Assembly (NCBI GenBank): GCA_003971905.1 | Contig: RSEE01000026.1 | Span: 372,001-436,000 of the forward strand | From: Moniliella sp. 'wahieum' | Taxonomy: Eukaryota | Length of the DNA stretch: 64,000 nucleotides | Direction of reading: 5' to 3' | In this document: positions 41,605-54,690 of the stretch, piece by piece | Layout: the number at the start of each line of letters is the position of its first letter | Position numbering within the stretch: position 1 is the stretch's first letter | Program-made: the position numbers and the translations under genes | Notes under the pieces: generated by a model | Told to the model about the DNA's origin: nothing | Seen by the model: the letters and a program-made list of their open reading frames with translations, nothing else | Databases searched by the model: none

Positions 41605-42990
41605 ATGGTGGTCGACCGCCTGCCTGTTTCTCTTTTTCCCGACCTGCAAAAGGTTCCGTGGGGGCTCGAGGATCGAGATGCCGACTACGCCCAAGCCTGG
41701 TGGAGGAGAATTCCATCGTTCGCCTTCCCTGGCAGAGGGCCTTCTTGCGCCCGGTCTGGACTTAAAGCCGCTTGCGCACGTTGCAGAACGAGCAGCAGAG
41801 GTATCTAGCGGATCAATGCATCTCTCGCTCCTACTCCGTGCTAAACTGGCATTGTTCACCGAGCTCGGCGCCGAAGGGGTCATTATCAACTACGAGCTAA
41901 TTCTCAAGCATCTTTTCCAAGTGCTGGCTGCCCCGGTGAAGCTGTCTCATCATGGTCAAGGGGAGGCCTAGTTTGTACGGAGAGGGGTGGAAATTAGTTT
42001 GTCATCTATGTCACTTTGGAGGGGGGATGTTGATGGGCAAGGCCAAGCAGTTGCCGTTACAACTGTCTCCAAAACAGTATCTTTCCAAGTACTCTTCACT
42101 CATGCCTCTGCCCGAGCGCCCCCGACGAGTTGACGTTGACCAGCCATGGGCTAGAAGAGGCTGACTGGCAAATCTGTTGGAGCAACTGGGAAATGCCACA
42201 CTGATCAGTCCAGTGTACGAGGTGGTGTACAACCCCCGGCCTTTGAGCACTAATCTCTTCAACCACCCATCACTGCGGTTCAGGTGGGCTGCTTCCCGCG
42301 TCCTCCAGATCTTCTGTCACGTGGCCCCGGGCTATCTAAATGGACGATCGAACACTTACACCAGGACCCACGTAATTCGTAACTCGCGACCTTCATCACA
42401 ACGTCATCGTCCACATGCCCAAAATACGCACCTTTCCAGGTCATTGATCTCTCACGCCGTGCCATGGGGCGGGTGTTCGCTTAGGTCGCTCTCGTCTCGC
42501 GCCGTCCCAAGAGACCGCTTTACATTGACGGGTTCCAATCGAGGAGCCTCTCATCGCCATTGCGATAGATTAACTCTCAAGTGAGATCCATCATCAGGGA
42601 GTGTGGAGCGTGGACGATGCTCTCGGCTCTGAGGGAACTGGGACCACAGAACCTCGGCGGGCACTTAAAAACGCTACTGTGTCGTGAAGAACGCGCTTCG
42701 CCCTAAAGACAAGTAACCGGGCCGTCGTACCTTCCCTCCCGCAGCACCGGGCGAGGAAGTTTCTGTCACCTGAGCTGAGGCCGAATGGATGCCTACTTGC
42801 CTCTCAGAGAACAGGAAGCGAAGGGCAAGGTGCCTACTATCCGGTGTTACGGGGATGCATACGACTGTCGGGCATTGCCACATTGCTCCAGATATGATAA
42901 GCCAGATGTGATATCGACCGGTCCCCAAAGCTACAAGCAAACTAGGAAAGGACATAGAAGAGGCCAAAGAGAGTTACAAAATAAACGAGC
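41605..42990 (+). CDS. Possible orphan gene or pseudogene fragments
   Basis: Abutting + ORFs (41678, 41952, 42177, 42785) with globular-protein-like composition, divergent from ATP2. No family recognised. Confidence 0.25.
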
Positions 42991-43416
42991 AAAAAAGAGG
43001 AGAAAGAAGGACACGCATAGGACAGGACAGACAGAACGGGACTGGGTAGGGTGGGATAAGAGGGAGGGAAGGGGGGGGGCGAACGAGCGATGAGTGGATC
43101 TCAATAAAAAGCGACCTAGTGGGGAGGGGAAAGGGGAACGGTTAGTAGGAGAGTAGTAGGGAAACAGGGAGGGGGAGAAGGCGCAGTAAAGAGGAGAGGA
43201 GACGACACATCATGTCGTGCACCTCGCATTTACACGCCGCCGCTCAGCGCAGATAGAGGACAGAGCGTACGCAAATACGCTTTGTCGTCGCCACGGGGTC
43301 GGGGGGGAGGAGCGGGGGGGAATCGCGGTAGCCAAGGCCGATAATGGGCTTGACCAAAGAAAAAGAGGCGCAGTCCAAGATATCCATACGATATGGAGGC
43401 AAGTACTTTCTTTGCT

Positions 43417-45090
43417 TTACTCAACGTGGGGCGCAGCGTGCTCTCTCCATGGGGAACAGCTTCCTCCGCCTTCTTCTCGACGGCATAGCCGTTGTGGCCA
43501 ATTGGATTCCCGAACCCTCGGGGGCACCCGAGTAGCCCGGCACAGCCTCAGCAGGGAGCAGAAGTGCCAGCCCAGCAGGCTCGTACGTACTCCTCCTCTT
43601 TTCTTCTTCCTCCTCCTCTTCGGGCTCCTCCCTTCTCCTTCCTCGATCTCTTCCTCGATCGACGAGCCCTCGTCCTCGTCCTCTTCCTCTCGTCCTCGGA
43701 GCGGTAGCCGACAGCACGGACCGCGGCAGGCACAGGGCCCGCGCGTCCATCGCTCCGACGTGGTGAGGTAGACCTTGGAGAGCTGCTTGATTCGTTCCAC
43801 CATTCATTCATTCGTTGTGACTGCGAGCACGGAAGGTGTACGCCTGCTCGCCACGCAGGCTCGCCAGGCATTGTCCGACTTGGCGCGGTAATGTGGAACT
43901 TTGGCTCTTGGCCGCCATCGTCGACGGTGCGCCGAGTGTGCACTCCGGGTAGGAAGAGAGAGGAACAGGGTGCGGGTGACGGTGCGGGTCAGAAGATGGG
44001 TGTTCGTGGAGATAGCCAGCAGGCGTAAGCACATAGAAAGATTCCTTGTACGTCTTGGTAAAGCGCTTCTTGCGCTCGAGAATACCATGGTGGACCGGGA
44101 TGACCGACGGGTCGTCCTTGCCCGGGTAATCGATCGTCTCGGGGTTGCGCAAGGGTGTGTCCGGGTCCAGCAGGTGGTCCGACCGCGCAGCAAATGCGAT
44201 CCATTCCGCGTTGGGCTGGAGACCGCGCATTTGCACGCCGAGCGACAACCACGTGTCCTGCACTTGCGCCGACATGCGGCCCGACCATTCGTCAAAGGTC
44301 TGCCAAGCCGACTGGATCGAGCGAACAATGCCCTCTTCAAAGTGCGCCGAGTTCTGCTGCATGATGATGATGGACTTTTGCAGCGCATTCTCCTCATTGA
44401 CCTGGCGCTGCAGTTGGCGGAACACAGTGGCGTTCTGCGCCCACGGATCTTCGCGTGCCGTTACGCTCATGGGGGCGTTCTTGAGGAGCGTGATGGACTT
44501 GGCCAGGTCAGTGATGAGCTTAGTTGACATTTCACGTTCCTTGGCCACGCTGTTGGCAAGCTTGCCCGTGTCTTGCTGAACGTTGCGGATATGCGCCTTG
44601 ATCTCGGTGCGGAGCTTCTGGAGGTGCTGGACAATGGAGCCCTCGACGGTCTTGCCGAGGTTGGCATGGTGGTCGGCAATCACACGGGTCTTGTCACGGA
44701 TGGCATAGTACACATCCTGGATGCCATCCTCGCCGAGGAACTGGTTGCCCTCGCGGAAGGGCACTTGAATGACACCGCCGAGCTTGGTAAGCTCGCGGGC
44801 CGTGTTGTACTCAATGTCGGCAATGCCCTCAAAGTAGGCAATGAGCTGTTTGGTGATGTTCTTCCAGCCTAGCGCGCGCCAACGAGGGTTAGCAGGGGAC
44901 AGGGGTGGAAGCAAGGGGAAGCGGATGCAGTCGCAGACGTACCATTGAAGCGCTCAATCAGAATGTCGGATGGGCGCAGTTCGTTGGGGCCAGTGTTCTT
45001 CTTGATGAGCGAGGCATTGCGGGAGGCAAGCGTGCTCTTGCGGGAGACGGTGGTGGAGCGGGAGATGGACTGGGCGTCGTACTGCGACAT
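43417..45090 (-). CDS. Slm1/Slm2-like BAR-PH protein
   Basis: RPSDILIERFN|GWKNITKQLIAYFEGIAD (intron 44869-44942), DPW, QQNSAHFEEGIV; PH domain GILERKKRFTKTYKESFYVLTPAGYLHEH. Confidence 0.88.
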
Positions 45091-47574
45091 GGGGGGCAAT
45101 ACGGAGAGCAGGGGAGATGGTGGCAGGAAGCACAAGGGCGACGCTGGGGCTACGAGCTTATGAAGATGCTCAGCTGGGTGCGGGCAGGAGCACGAGTCAC
45201 CGGTCAGGCTCACCGCGCTGATCGAACCTGCAGATCTAGACGCACCCAGCCCAGCGCCCCAGCCGCCGCACGGGCCCAGTGTCCCCGCGGGGGTGCAGTG
45301 ACGTGATGTTAGAGCGTAGGTTCGCAGTGCACGCGGCTGCCCCCGTGCCCGCCGGCTGCCGGCGTCGTGCCGTCCGCATGGGAGGCTCACCCCATCCCCC
45401 GCAGCAGCGCACCCGGGCGCGCGGAGCCTCGGGCCAGCACGCTGCCCGCAGATGATGATGTCATCGCACAGCCTTGGCCCGCGGCGACACACTGGCCCCA
45501 CGGGGCTCCCCAGCGCATGACGTCGTGCCTGCGCACGGCCGTTTTCACCGCCTGTCCGCAACAAGCAACAGAGCGCGGCCTGGCATCTGCTGCATCTGCC
45601 GCATCTGCCGCACCCGGGCGCTGTGCGATCTTAGATCTGAATCCCAGCAATCGCAGCCAGGCGCCTGTCGCCAGCCGCCGCCCATCCCGTGCCCCTGCCG
45701 CCCAGTTCAACGTTCAAATCTACCTGACATCACCGACGTCACCTGCCACACACGCGCCGTGCGGGCAGGCATCCTCAGCGCTCTCAGCCGCAGAGCTCAG
45801 CTCAGGCGCTCAGGCCCAAGGCACTGCCAAGCAGCCTCGGCTGCCACCGGCATCTGGCCGCACACAACACCCCCTGGTGCGCACGTACGGCGTGTGACAA
45901 CATGCGGCCTACGCCATGGGAACGGAGAGTGAGATCTGAGAAGGCGCACCCGCAACAACGCGTACGCAAAAAACTCAAAAGTACTCCCATGCTGAGAGCC
46001 TCAGCGCCCCCCCCCAACGCAGTATCTCGCGTTGGACGAAAGTTCTACGCCTCCTTTCTACCCTTCCAATGCAGCTGTCCCCGAGGGTCCAAGATCCCAC
46101 TGCTGTCGCATCGTGTCTCCTGTCCAGCTGGTAGGCTGGGCTAGTTCGTAGTTGCTGTCTACGTAATACTTGTGTGACAGCACATGCGATCCATGTGATT
46201 ACGGTGTGCACATGCTTGGCCTAGTTGGGCACAGGTGCTAAAGAGAGGTAGGGGGGGCAGGGGTCGTCACGCGCGCGTCAGCGCTTCGGCACATCAGTAC
46301 TCCGGTACGCTGTCCCGCGCCCGTTACTAGTTACCAGAGCCGCAGCCACTAATGGTCACTAGCTGGTCACTCTCCTCGGTCGTCTCTCAGGCCGGCCTGA
46401 GGACCTCAGTTGTCTTGCGACGCTTTACGAAGAGTTGCCACGGTGCATGTAGCAGCGGGGTAAGAGTCGGGGCACGACGAGTAAAAACTAGGACTCCAGA
46501 AGGAAAAGGCACACGATTCCTTGGTAGAAGAGAGCAGACGTGGTTAACAAGGGGACCGGAGAAGGATTGCCTGTGATGCCCTAGTAACAAAAGACCAGCA
46601 CCTCCCCTGCCCTCTCAAAAAAACCCCCACAAGCACAAAATCTTGTTGCGGTCGTCTCTCAAATCTCAATCTCACGGACGATCGAACCTCTTTTTCTCAT
46701 GAAGTTCTGACTATAGGATCTCTCTGGTGAACATATGCGAGTTGAACCTTGCATGCTACACCGTGTATAACGTGTCACACCTCAAGAGCATCAGGGCTTT
46801 CGGCTTATGTTTCCACACTGCGGGGAAGTTGTCTCCTTGCTATACTCAAAAAGCCTCTCGCTACTTGTGAATGAGGAGTGCAATGGTGAGCGCGGTGAGC
46901 CTGCGGGGGCACCAAAAATGTCATAGAAGGACAATATGTTGCAGGCCTGATTGACGGTCCGCACTGGAAAGCTTGTCAGCGAAACGATCAGTATGATCAA
47001 TGAATGGCGGGGCGGAGGGCAAAGTGTCACCACCTCTCTCTCCTCCAAGTCCGAACATTATATGTAACACTCTTCGCGGCTGTTATATCAGGAGATGGAG
47101 ATGGGGGAAAGGATAGAGATCATATTCATCGAGTGGCATGGGAGCGAGGTATATATACCTCGGAGAAGAGGAGGCCGAGTGAGCTGACTCACACGGAGAA
47201 AACAAAAGGGGGAGCATAGAACCAAAAGGGGGAGATAGGATCTAGAACAAAACAGGGTCCAGTGAAACTGGTGAGCATCGGTGACCAGGTGAGTCTGGTC
47301 CCGACATGTTAAGCAAAAAGGAGACCAAGGTCCTGTCAGACAGAAAGAAAATGGCAAGATTGTTCGTGGGAGGGAACAAGAGCCTTCGAGCAAGGAACAG
47401 AAGCAAACAGGGGGAAAAGCGAAGAGCGAGATGCACGGCATGCAGAACTGGACATCTTGAAGCAAGCTTAGTCCACATTATCCGTTGCAAGAAGGTAAAG
47501 GTGCAATAGCGACCAAAACAGATGTAACATTTACAAGGGCCACCTCCTGCCTCCGATCTGTGGCAAAAGGACGG

Positions 47575-48672
47575 TCAGGTGGAGGTGATCCGGAAATCTG
47601 TTGATCGGTGGCAGTCGAACTTGTCTTTGTATGCATAACGAAAAGAAATGAGACAGGCGGCAGATCTTGGTACCATGCAGACATCATAAAGAAGAAACGA
47701 GATTAGGAACGGAAGAGTTGAAGAGAGCGGGTGAAACTTGTACATGTGCCCGTAGACCAGAATGACTTGGGCGAAGCTCGTGCTTGGCGCTGAGAGAAGT
47801 TCAGCGTGCACCGTCACTCCGATACCAAGGGTGACGGGCTACGGAATATGCCCCACTTCATCTCGAAGGCCACGGCGTCCTCGATGGCCTCAGCCTCATA
47901 AATCGGATTGGATGAGCAGATCCTCTCAAATTCGGTATCCAAAACCTTGATGTTGGTCCTATTTTGGGTACCGCGGCGGTCGTTTGGGACGAGTGAAGAA
48001 TTCGTTGGTCCCTGTGGACTGCCGCCAGTGGCAGCTGGTTGTACATCCAGGCAGTTCATGGAGAGACAAGGAAGGATGCGGATGCGTATCGCCAGCGTCC
48101 TGGCTTCATTCTCCGTGAGGGCGCTGCGCCCATAGTCCCGCATATTACGGATAAATGTCCTGTGGAATTGGGCAACACTAGCGGGAGCCCGACGAGCGGA
48201 AGCCCGCCTGGACGTGTTGGTATAATTGTCCGCCCAGTGGCACTTCTTCACCTGCCAAAGTAGAATGCGAGCAGAAAAGCAGTCAGAACGTGCCGTGAAG
48301 ACAAAAAGAATAACCGATGCAGATACCCACAATGCGTATAAGCTCGTAGCGGATCGTCGCTAGAGATACCTTCATCCTATTCCGTGCTTCGTCACCGAAG
48401 GATCCCTTATCATCCGCTGCGGCATCCAAAATGATACGAGGAACGCCAGGTCTGGCAACGTGAGTTTTGGCCCAATTCTGCTCAACCCAACGAACCTTCC
48501 TTGTCAGACAGAGTGCTTTTCTCGAATTTTTCTCGCGCAGCTCAACTTCGAGAAGACGTACCACACAAAAGTCAAGTAGATGACACGATTCCCACGGCCC
48601 CTTCAATAACATGCAACACAGAATTAACTGCTTTATGTACTTGCGCTGTAAATCCAATATGCGATTACACAT
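47575..48672 (-). pseudogene. Fragmented ORF chain, possibly a decayed hAT-family transposase
   Basis: Three overlapping minus ORFs. PWES..RLLE resembles RWNS..RLL, LAIRIRILP resembles AxxLDP, and EFERI..P..DAVAF..W..ELLSAPSTS resembles the hAT dimerisation domain. Motif resemblance only. Confidence 0.3.
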
Positions 48673-48801
48673 ATGCTGTGGTCACAGTCTTGATTTGCCA
48701 ACGATGAAAGAGGGGGAGGACAGTATACACACATATGGACGGACTTGTGCAACAGGATATTGGGCCCAAAACAATTTGATGAGTTTGCGTCCCGGTTCAC
48801 A

Positions 48802-49650
48802 TCAGTGGTCACCGAAGTGGCCACCGCCTCGGGGCCGTTCTCTCCCTTGGGGTTCGTGGGATAGTTCCTGCTGGAATTCGTAAACAGCATCTCGAAGTCC
48901 GTAAACAGCTTCTCCAAGTCGGTCGACGTCCTTTCGGAGTTCGTACACCTCGTTTTGGACTTCGACGATACCTCGCCACACTGGTTCCGTGGCCCGTTCA
49001 TAATCGCGAGAATGCCGCACGACACGAGGACTTTGAGGTGGCCGAGCATAGGGCAAAGGCGTGCGCCTGTGCCGTTCACGCCTTGGAATTGGTCCGGTTT
49101 CTCCTTCAGGCCTTGATGAACCGTCAAAAGGCCCGCTGGTGCTGGGGTCCTCTCCAGAATCATCGACCACTTCAGTGACTTGCATTTCGGTCGGAGAAGA
49201 AGGCGGATTGACCTGTACGGGCTCCTCTTCACCCAATGGAGGCATATCCATACCCGGCGGTAACGAGCGCATTTGACGCGCTTCCTCCGCTGTTGGCGAG
49301 GGCGACGTGGGATTTGTGCTCCGAGCATCCGCCGTATCAGCAGGAGGTTGATTCACATCGACTTGGCCATGGAGGCCACCGTCAGCTTCGACAAGCCCGC
49401 GCTCACGTGGGCCCCTTGTCGGTGCATCCGTAGTGCCACCGCCTGCCGCACCGTCTCGCTGAGTAGGCTCATTAGCACGCCTTCTGACCTTGCGAGTAAT
49501 AATACCAGCCGGGTCCGGCTGATTGTGGGTAATGGCATCGTACCGGACTGGGCAGAAGTATCTTGTCATCATTTGGGCGGAGACGCAGTGCCGGAAATAG
49601 TGGGCGGTGAGAGTAAGGGTGGCGCCGCAGTAGGGGCAAATGAGACGCAT
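48802..49650 (-). CDS. Orphan protein: CxxC/His Zn-finger-like N-terminus, disordered middle, C-terminal coiled coil
   Basis: Uninterrupted 282-codon ORF; CPYC-x8-HYFRHC; heptad VQNEVYELRKDVDRLGEAVYGLRDAVYEF. Confidence 0.55.
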   Translation of the reverse strand: MRLICPYCGATLTLTAHYFRHCVSAQMMTRYFCPVRYDAITHNQPDPAGIITRKVRRRANEPTQRDGAAGGGTTDAPTRGPRERGLVEADGGLHGQVDVNQPPADTADARSTNPTSPSPTAEEARQMRSLPPGMDMPPLGEEEPVQVNPPSSPTEMQVTEVVDDSGEDPSTSGPFDGSSRPEGETGPIPRRERHRRTPLPYARPPQSPRVVRHSRDYERATEPVWRGIVEVQNEVYELRKDVDRLGEAVYGLRDAVYEFQQELSHEPQGRERPRGGGHFGDH

Positions 49651-51879
49651 GGCGGCCTCTCCAGATGGTCGATCAGCGGCTCAGAGCTCGCTAGTCGCTG
49701 TTGGACAGGGAAACGAAGATGGGTGGTGGGGCGGAGCACAAATGCGTGGCTAGGCAATCGCTGGTCTGTATTAGTGCTTGTGATCGAGGTCCCGGTCAGA
49801 CCAACCAGAGAATGCGCAGTGGCAAATGCATTCGAGGAGGTGCCGACATATAATGGCCACACCTTGCCTTTTGAGCGCTGAGCCACCGGATAGCTCGGGT
49901 GTGTTTTGGCCAAAACGCCCCTTCAGTCCCCCCTTAAGCTTCCTTGTTATGCAGTTTAGCCCCTGGGGCTAGCTGCTTGATGTTCCTCTATAGGCGTTGC
50001 CGGTTGGCGTAGACCGCCACCACTAGTGCGATAGCATTATTATATCACGCTCGAGGACCATCCGGACTCCAGAACTCATCGTTGCCTGTTAATCACATGT
50101 AAAGCTCATCAGTGGCCACGGACACGTTCTGGGCGCTCGAAGACCTCGGATGAATGAGGAGATGACACAGGATGGCACATGGATAACCCCCTACAGCAAT
50201 GTTGTGAGAAGAAAAACGCCGTGTGCCAGGAGCCAAAAGCACGGCGGCAGTGTCCACCCAGACCGCCCCGGTGTTTCGTTGCGCCAGAGTATAGCTATAG
50301 TAGTGGTATAATCGCGCGTATAAGCGCGGCCCGTGCCCTGGCAATTTGGATTTAAGTATTTATGGCCAAGCTGACGCGCCCCTCCACTCGGCTTTCCCGT
50401 CCTGCTCTCACCGAGTGCTTTTATAGAAGTACCGAGGGAGACTACCACAGGGGGGGGGGCACCAGAGGTTACCCATCCGGGAGCGCCTTACCTCTACTGG
50501 AAGCCCTCTGCTTGTGGTGCACGATGGGGCGCTACTAGGTCTGACTCGGACGTCAACTGGTGGAGCGGCGGTGCCATCCACACCGAGCTGTCCGTATTTG
50601 AACCTGCTATGCATCATCGCCTGAGCTGGAGGACAGATGTGGATGTTAGTCGGTGCAGGCCGGCCCTGGTCGAAGGCTGAGGATCAGGGTGCAGCGTGAG
50701 GCTCGGCTGAGGCTTGCCCCGGCGCGGGAGAGGCTCGGATCGTTATTGCATTATGCTGGGATGAGATGGCTGTATATACCGGTGGGAACAAAATGGCGAT
50801 ATCTCAGCCGTCTCTCATCTGTTCTGACTCAAATTTGGCATGAAGTTGCATGCTCTGTTGGGGCAATGGGCCAGATCCATCCCCTCTCCCATGATGCATG
50901 ATGAGAGGCGGCACGTGTAAAGGCGTGCTAGCACCAAATGAAACACTGATATGGACGATGCGAGCCGTCGGAACTGCTGAGAACCCCGCATTCGTTTTTG
51001 CTTATCGAAGCTCAACTGAGCATGTCCCGCACCATAACCACCGGTATCTATAACGGCTCAATCGTCCCGTGTTACGCATTATCTCCCCTACGGGTTAGCA
51101 GGTTTTATAGGCTTTCGATATTCTGCTGGGCTTTGATTGCACTTTTGTGCCACAAAACAAAACACCGACACTGTAACAGTCGGGGCTAAACGCAGGTAGA
51201 GGCAACACTTTCGGTCTCTGGGACAGCGTAAGAACCAACTGTTTAGTGCGATTGCAACACAGAATGAGTATTTGAAGAATGTCGCTAGTGTTTTCCTGTT
51301 GTAGCAAGAAAAAGCAGCTAATGGGAGCCCGATGCGGTGGATCTGCTCGGCAGTAGCGGGTGGATGTTGCGGTTGGGAGGGTGCCCGACAAGGGCTGTGG
51401 GGGAGCGCTGGCGAGCATTGCGCAGGGAAGGGGGGGAGAGATAGGGCATGGTTTTGGATGGGAGGAAGGGGGATCGGTTGCCATACCTGGGTCGGTGCGG
51501 ATCGATGGCAGAAAGGATGGGACGCGGCCATATCCCTCTGGTGCCTGGCTGGGTCCCCCGTGCACCTCACAATGGGCTACGACCCAGCCAGCACGCAGCA
51601 GACGCGCCAGAAGACAGTGCCTGCCAGCTGACGTAACCCGCGAGCACTGGCTCTGGACGTGGACACTGCCCCCCCGCAGGCAGGCGGGGGCGGCTGGCGC
51701 GGTGGGGCGCTAGGGTTGGGCGATGTTCTGGGGGATTAAAATACCTCTGCTGTGCTTGCGATTAGGAGACAGCCGCTGTGTTGGTGCCGCTGGCGGGCGG
51801 CTGCTGCTGCCGCTTCGTTCTGCTGCTTCCTCCCCCCACAGCCCCGTCGCCCTCCTCCTGCCCGCGCAGTGCCGTCGCC

Positions 51880-54690
51880 ATGGCCGACACGCCCGACCTG
51901 GCCATTGTGGCTGCGCGTGCGCGTGCGCGCGCCGAGCAACGCGTCCGCCCCCCGCTCCTTCTGCCCAGCACCGACGCTGACGTTGACCAGGACGCCGTTC
52001 TGGCCCGCGTCTTTGCCGACAAACCCCCCACTTCTCGGCCCTCCGCGGCCCTCACGGCTCCCACGTCGTCTGTCGCGCCTGCCTCGCCTCTGCCTCTGCC
52101 TCTGCCCCTGCTTCTGCTTCTGCCTCTGCCTCGACTTCTGTCGCTGTCTCTGCCTCTGTGTCTGTACCTGCCGCTGCCTCTCTGGCTGCCTCCTCTGACG
52201 ACACCGACGATGGCTCCCAGCCGCCTTCTCATCCGGCCAGACGGCCCCGGATCCCGGGCTTGCTTCGGCGCCAAACTCATCGCAAGCATCTTCCGATGCC
52301 ATGTCAGCATCGGTCCTGCCGCCAGGCTCGAGCTTTGCTCAGACCTCGTCATTCCAGTATCATCTCGACCACTTTAACTCGCGTCCGGCCCCAACCCGTA
52401 CTTGGACCCAAGAAACTGCACCCGACCATGACTTCAACGCAGGGGCGGGTGCGAACGAAGCCAGTCGCGGCATCCCAGGTGCCAATTCCCAATCTCAGAT
52501 TCAGCTTGCTCAGCCCGCTCCTCTGTATCCCCGCTTTCAGTTGCCCCCGCCCCCAGTGCCTCCTCCGCTGCCCGGACCCCCCGTACCGATCCATGCCAAC
52601 GCCTCCGGATCAGGAAACCTCGATGAGGAAGGGAAAAGCCCCAGTCAGTCTCAAACAGAAACGGTCGAGCCCAAATTGGTTTTGCCCCCTTTACCCATCC
52701 TACCGCGGCTCCCTCCCCTCCCTCCTCCCTCGCACATTGGCCATGGGACCAGCAGCGCTGCTAACAGTCAGAACAGCAGCCGCGCCAGTCCCACTCCAAG
52801 CCCGGAAAATTCAGATGCTCCTGCCTCGCAAGGCCTGTCGCCTACACCTTCCCCTGCTGCTCCCGTGGCTTCCTCAGCCAGTGGGGCGCCTCCCCTTGTG
52901 GTTGATGACACCACCACGCAGGGCAGCAATACGACCGAACCCGTCCTCCTTCCGACCCCGGGTACGTCTCAGGACCATTCGCCCTCGTTGACCTTGGATC
53001 AGATTACGGCCGCACGGTACAAAGCCTACTCTACTGGATTGCTGCTGCCAAAGGTACAGGTGGTGGGAGCGGTACGCCGAGTGGAACGCGCATGCCTCAC
53101 CTTACGGTGGCACTCCACAGTGCTTACGTCCAAGCCGCCAAAATGTTGCCCGACTCGCTTGTATTTACGGGGATGCTCCGGCGGGATACCAAGGCTGCCG
53201 AGCAAGCACTGCGCGCTCAGGATACAACGCGCATGACGGCGGATGGTAAGCCAATCAAGACGCGACGCAGGACGCTCCCTCATGAAGCGTCGGTGCTATT
53301 GGCCTTTTTTAATGAGAACCAGTTCCCCGCTTCATTTGAGCGGGATGAGTTGTCTGCTATCACGGGAATGCGACCACGGTATGTTTCCCTATCTTAGATC
53401 TTACTTCTACCTCGTTACTTACCTGTACGTTGCCCCAGTGCGGTGACAATTTGGTTCCAAAACCGCCGACAGACCGAGAAGAAACGCCAAGGCGGGGAAG
53501 CCTCGGGGGAGGATGAGACAACCCCTACCGCGCCCTCGGCAGTTCGTATGACGAGCCAGGATAGCGACGAACGACCACATTCTTCCTCTTCCTCCAAGTC
53601 TGCTCGTCACCCGGCGGACACGGCGGGCGAATGCACCACCCCTGCCCCCTGCCTTGCCAATGGGACACCCATTCCCTCCTTCCCTGGTCCACCCGCCCCA
53701 ACGTTCTACCTTCCTCCTTCAATGCCGTTGGCTGTTACGCCCCCCGGCGCGGGCGCCCGAGCAAGAGAATGACGAGGACGAAGACGAAGAAGAAGAGGGG
53801 GACTTGGCGTTGGATCCATTGGCGCCTAGTCGACCGGTACGGCCGCTGCAGCGGGGACCTTGGTACCCTCCGGCCCAACCTGGGCCCCACACGCGGTGGG
53901 GTATGGCAATTCCAACATTGGGGTCTTGAGTGCCGGATCTCGGCCCCGCCTCTCCCTCAGTCGGGCAGCAGTTCCTCTCGCTGCCCGGCTCACCGGATCG
54001 GCTTCGGCGCCTTCTCTCCATCCCGATGTACCTGGGGGAAAACTTCCGGAACGTTAGGGCTGGGATTGGCCCCGGCTCGTCGGGCTTCAGCACGGCCGTC
54101 TCCTTCGTTGCGCTCCACAGCGGACTTGTCCCCTGCTGCCTCCAAGCGGGTAGGTATGGAGGCCAGTATAAGCGCGTTGGGAGCGGCGAATGTGGATGCG
54201 CTGGTGTCAAATGGTCCTCGGGTGACTCCCACTGCATTGACCACACGCAGCCGAACCGCTTCGCCCTCCCCCGAACAAGGGGAAGAAGGGGACAGTCAAG
54301 CTCGTTTGTTGGCCCGCATGCACAGTTCTTCCTCGGTTCCCGACTCGCCCTTCTCTGCCCTTCTTCGCCTGGCGAAACCCGTTCTCCTTCCCCCGTAGGG
54401 AACGAAACGATGCGCAAACGGCCAAGGACCAGTACAGCGCGCAAGACGGTGCCCAGCATCGGATGGAAATCTACTGTGTCCCGCCTGGTTCGGCTGGACC
54501 GCTACCACGCATCCGTACACCCCGCGCTTCCGGTGCAGGTTCAGGTGCGGGGGGGACGTTGGAAGCGCTCGCTACAGCATCCGCTACGCTCGCCAACTCG
54601 GACCGCTCCGAACCGCCACCAGCTTCGTCGTCCGAGGAGATGTCGGCTGTGGAAGGCTTGCTCTGGATCTCCCAGCAGCAACCAACGTGA
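51880..54690 (+). CDS. Homeodomain transcription factor (Yox1/Yhp1-like)
   Basis: RRRTLPHEASVLLAFFNENQFPASFERDELSAITGMRPR|AVTIWFQNRRQ (intron 53379-53438). Low-complexity flanks; C-terminal AVEGLLWIS. Confidence 0.85.

Noticed and set aside
46347..50030. CACTA..TAGTG, CAGGGCT..AGCCCCTG and hairpin+CTAG as transposon or Helitron ends
   Set aside because: Matches are only 5-8 bp, no target-site duplication was seen, and the hairpin spacing is wrong for a Helitron.
51880..54690. Homeobox gene as a mating-type (bE/bW, HD1/HD2) locus
   Set aside because: It is a single typical homeodomain with a Yox1-like signature, and no divergently transcribed partner homeodomain gene was found.
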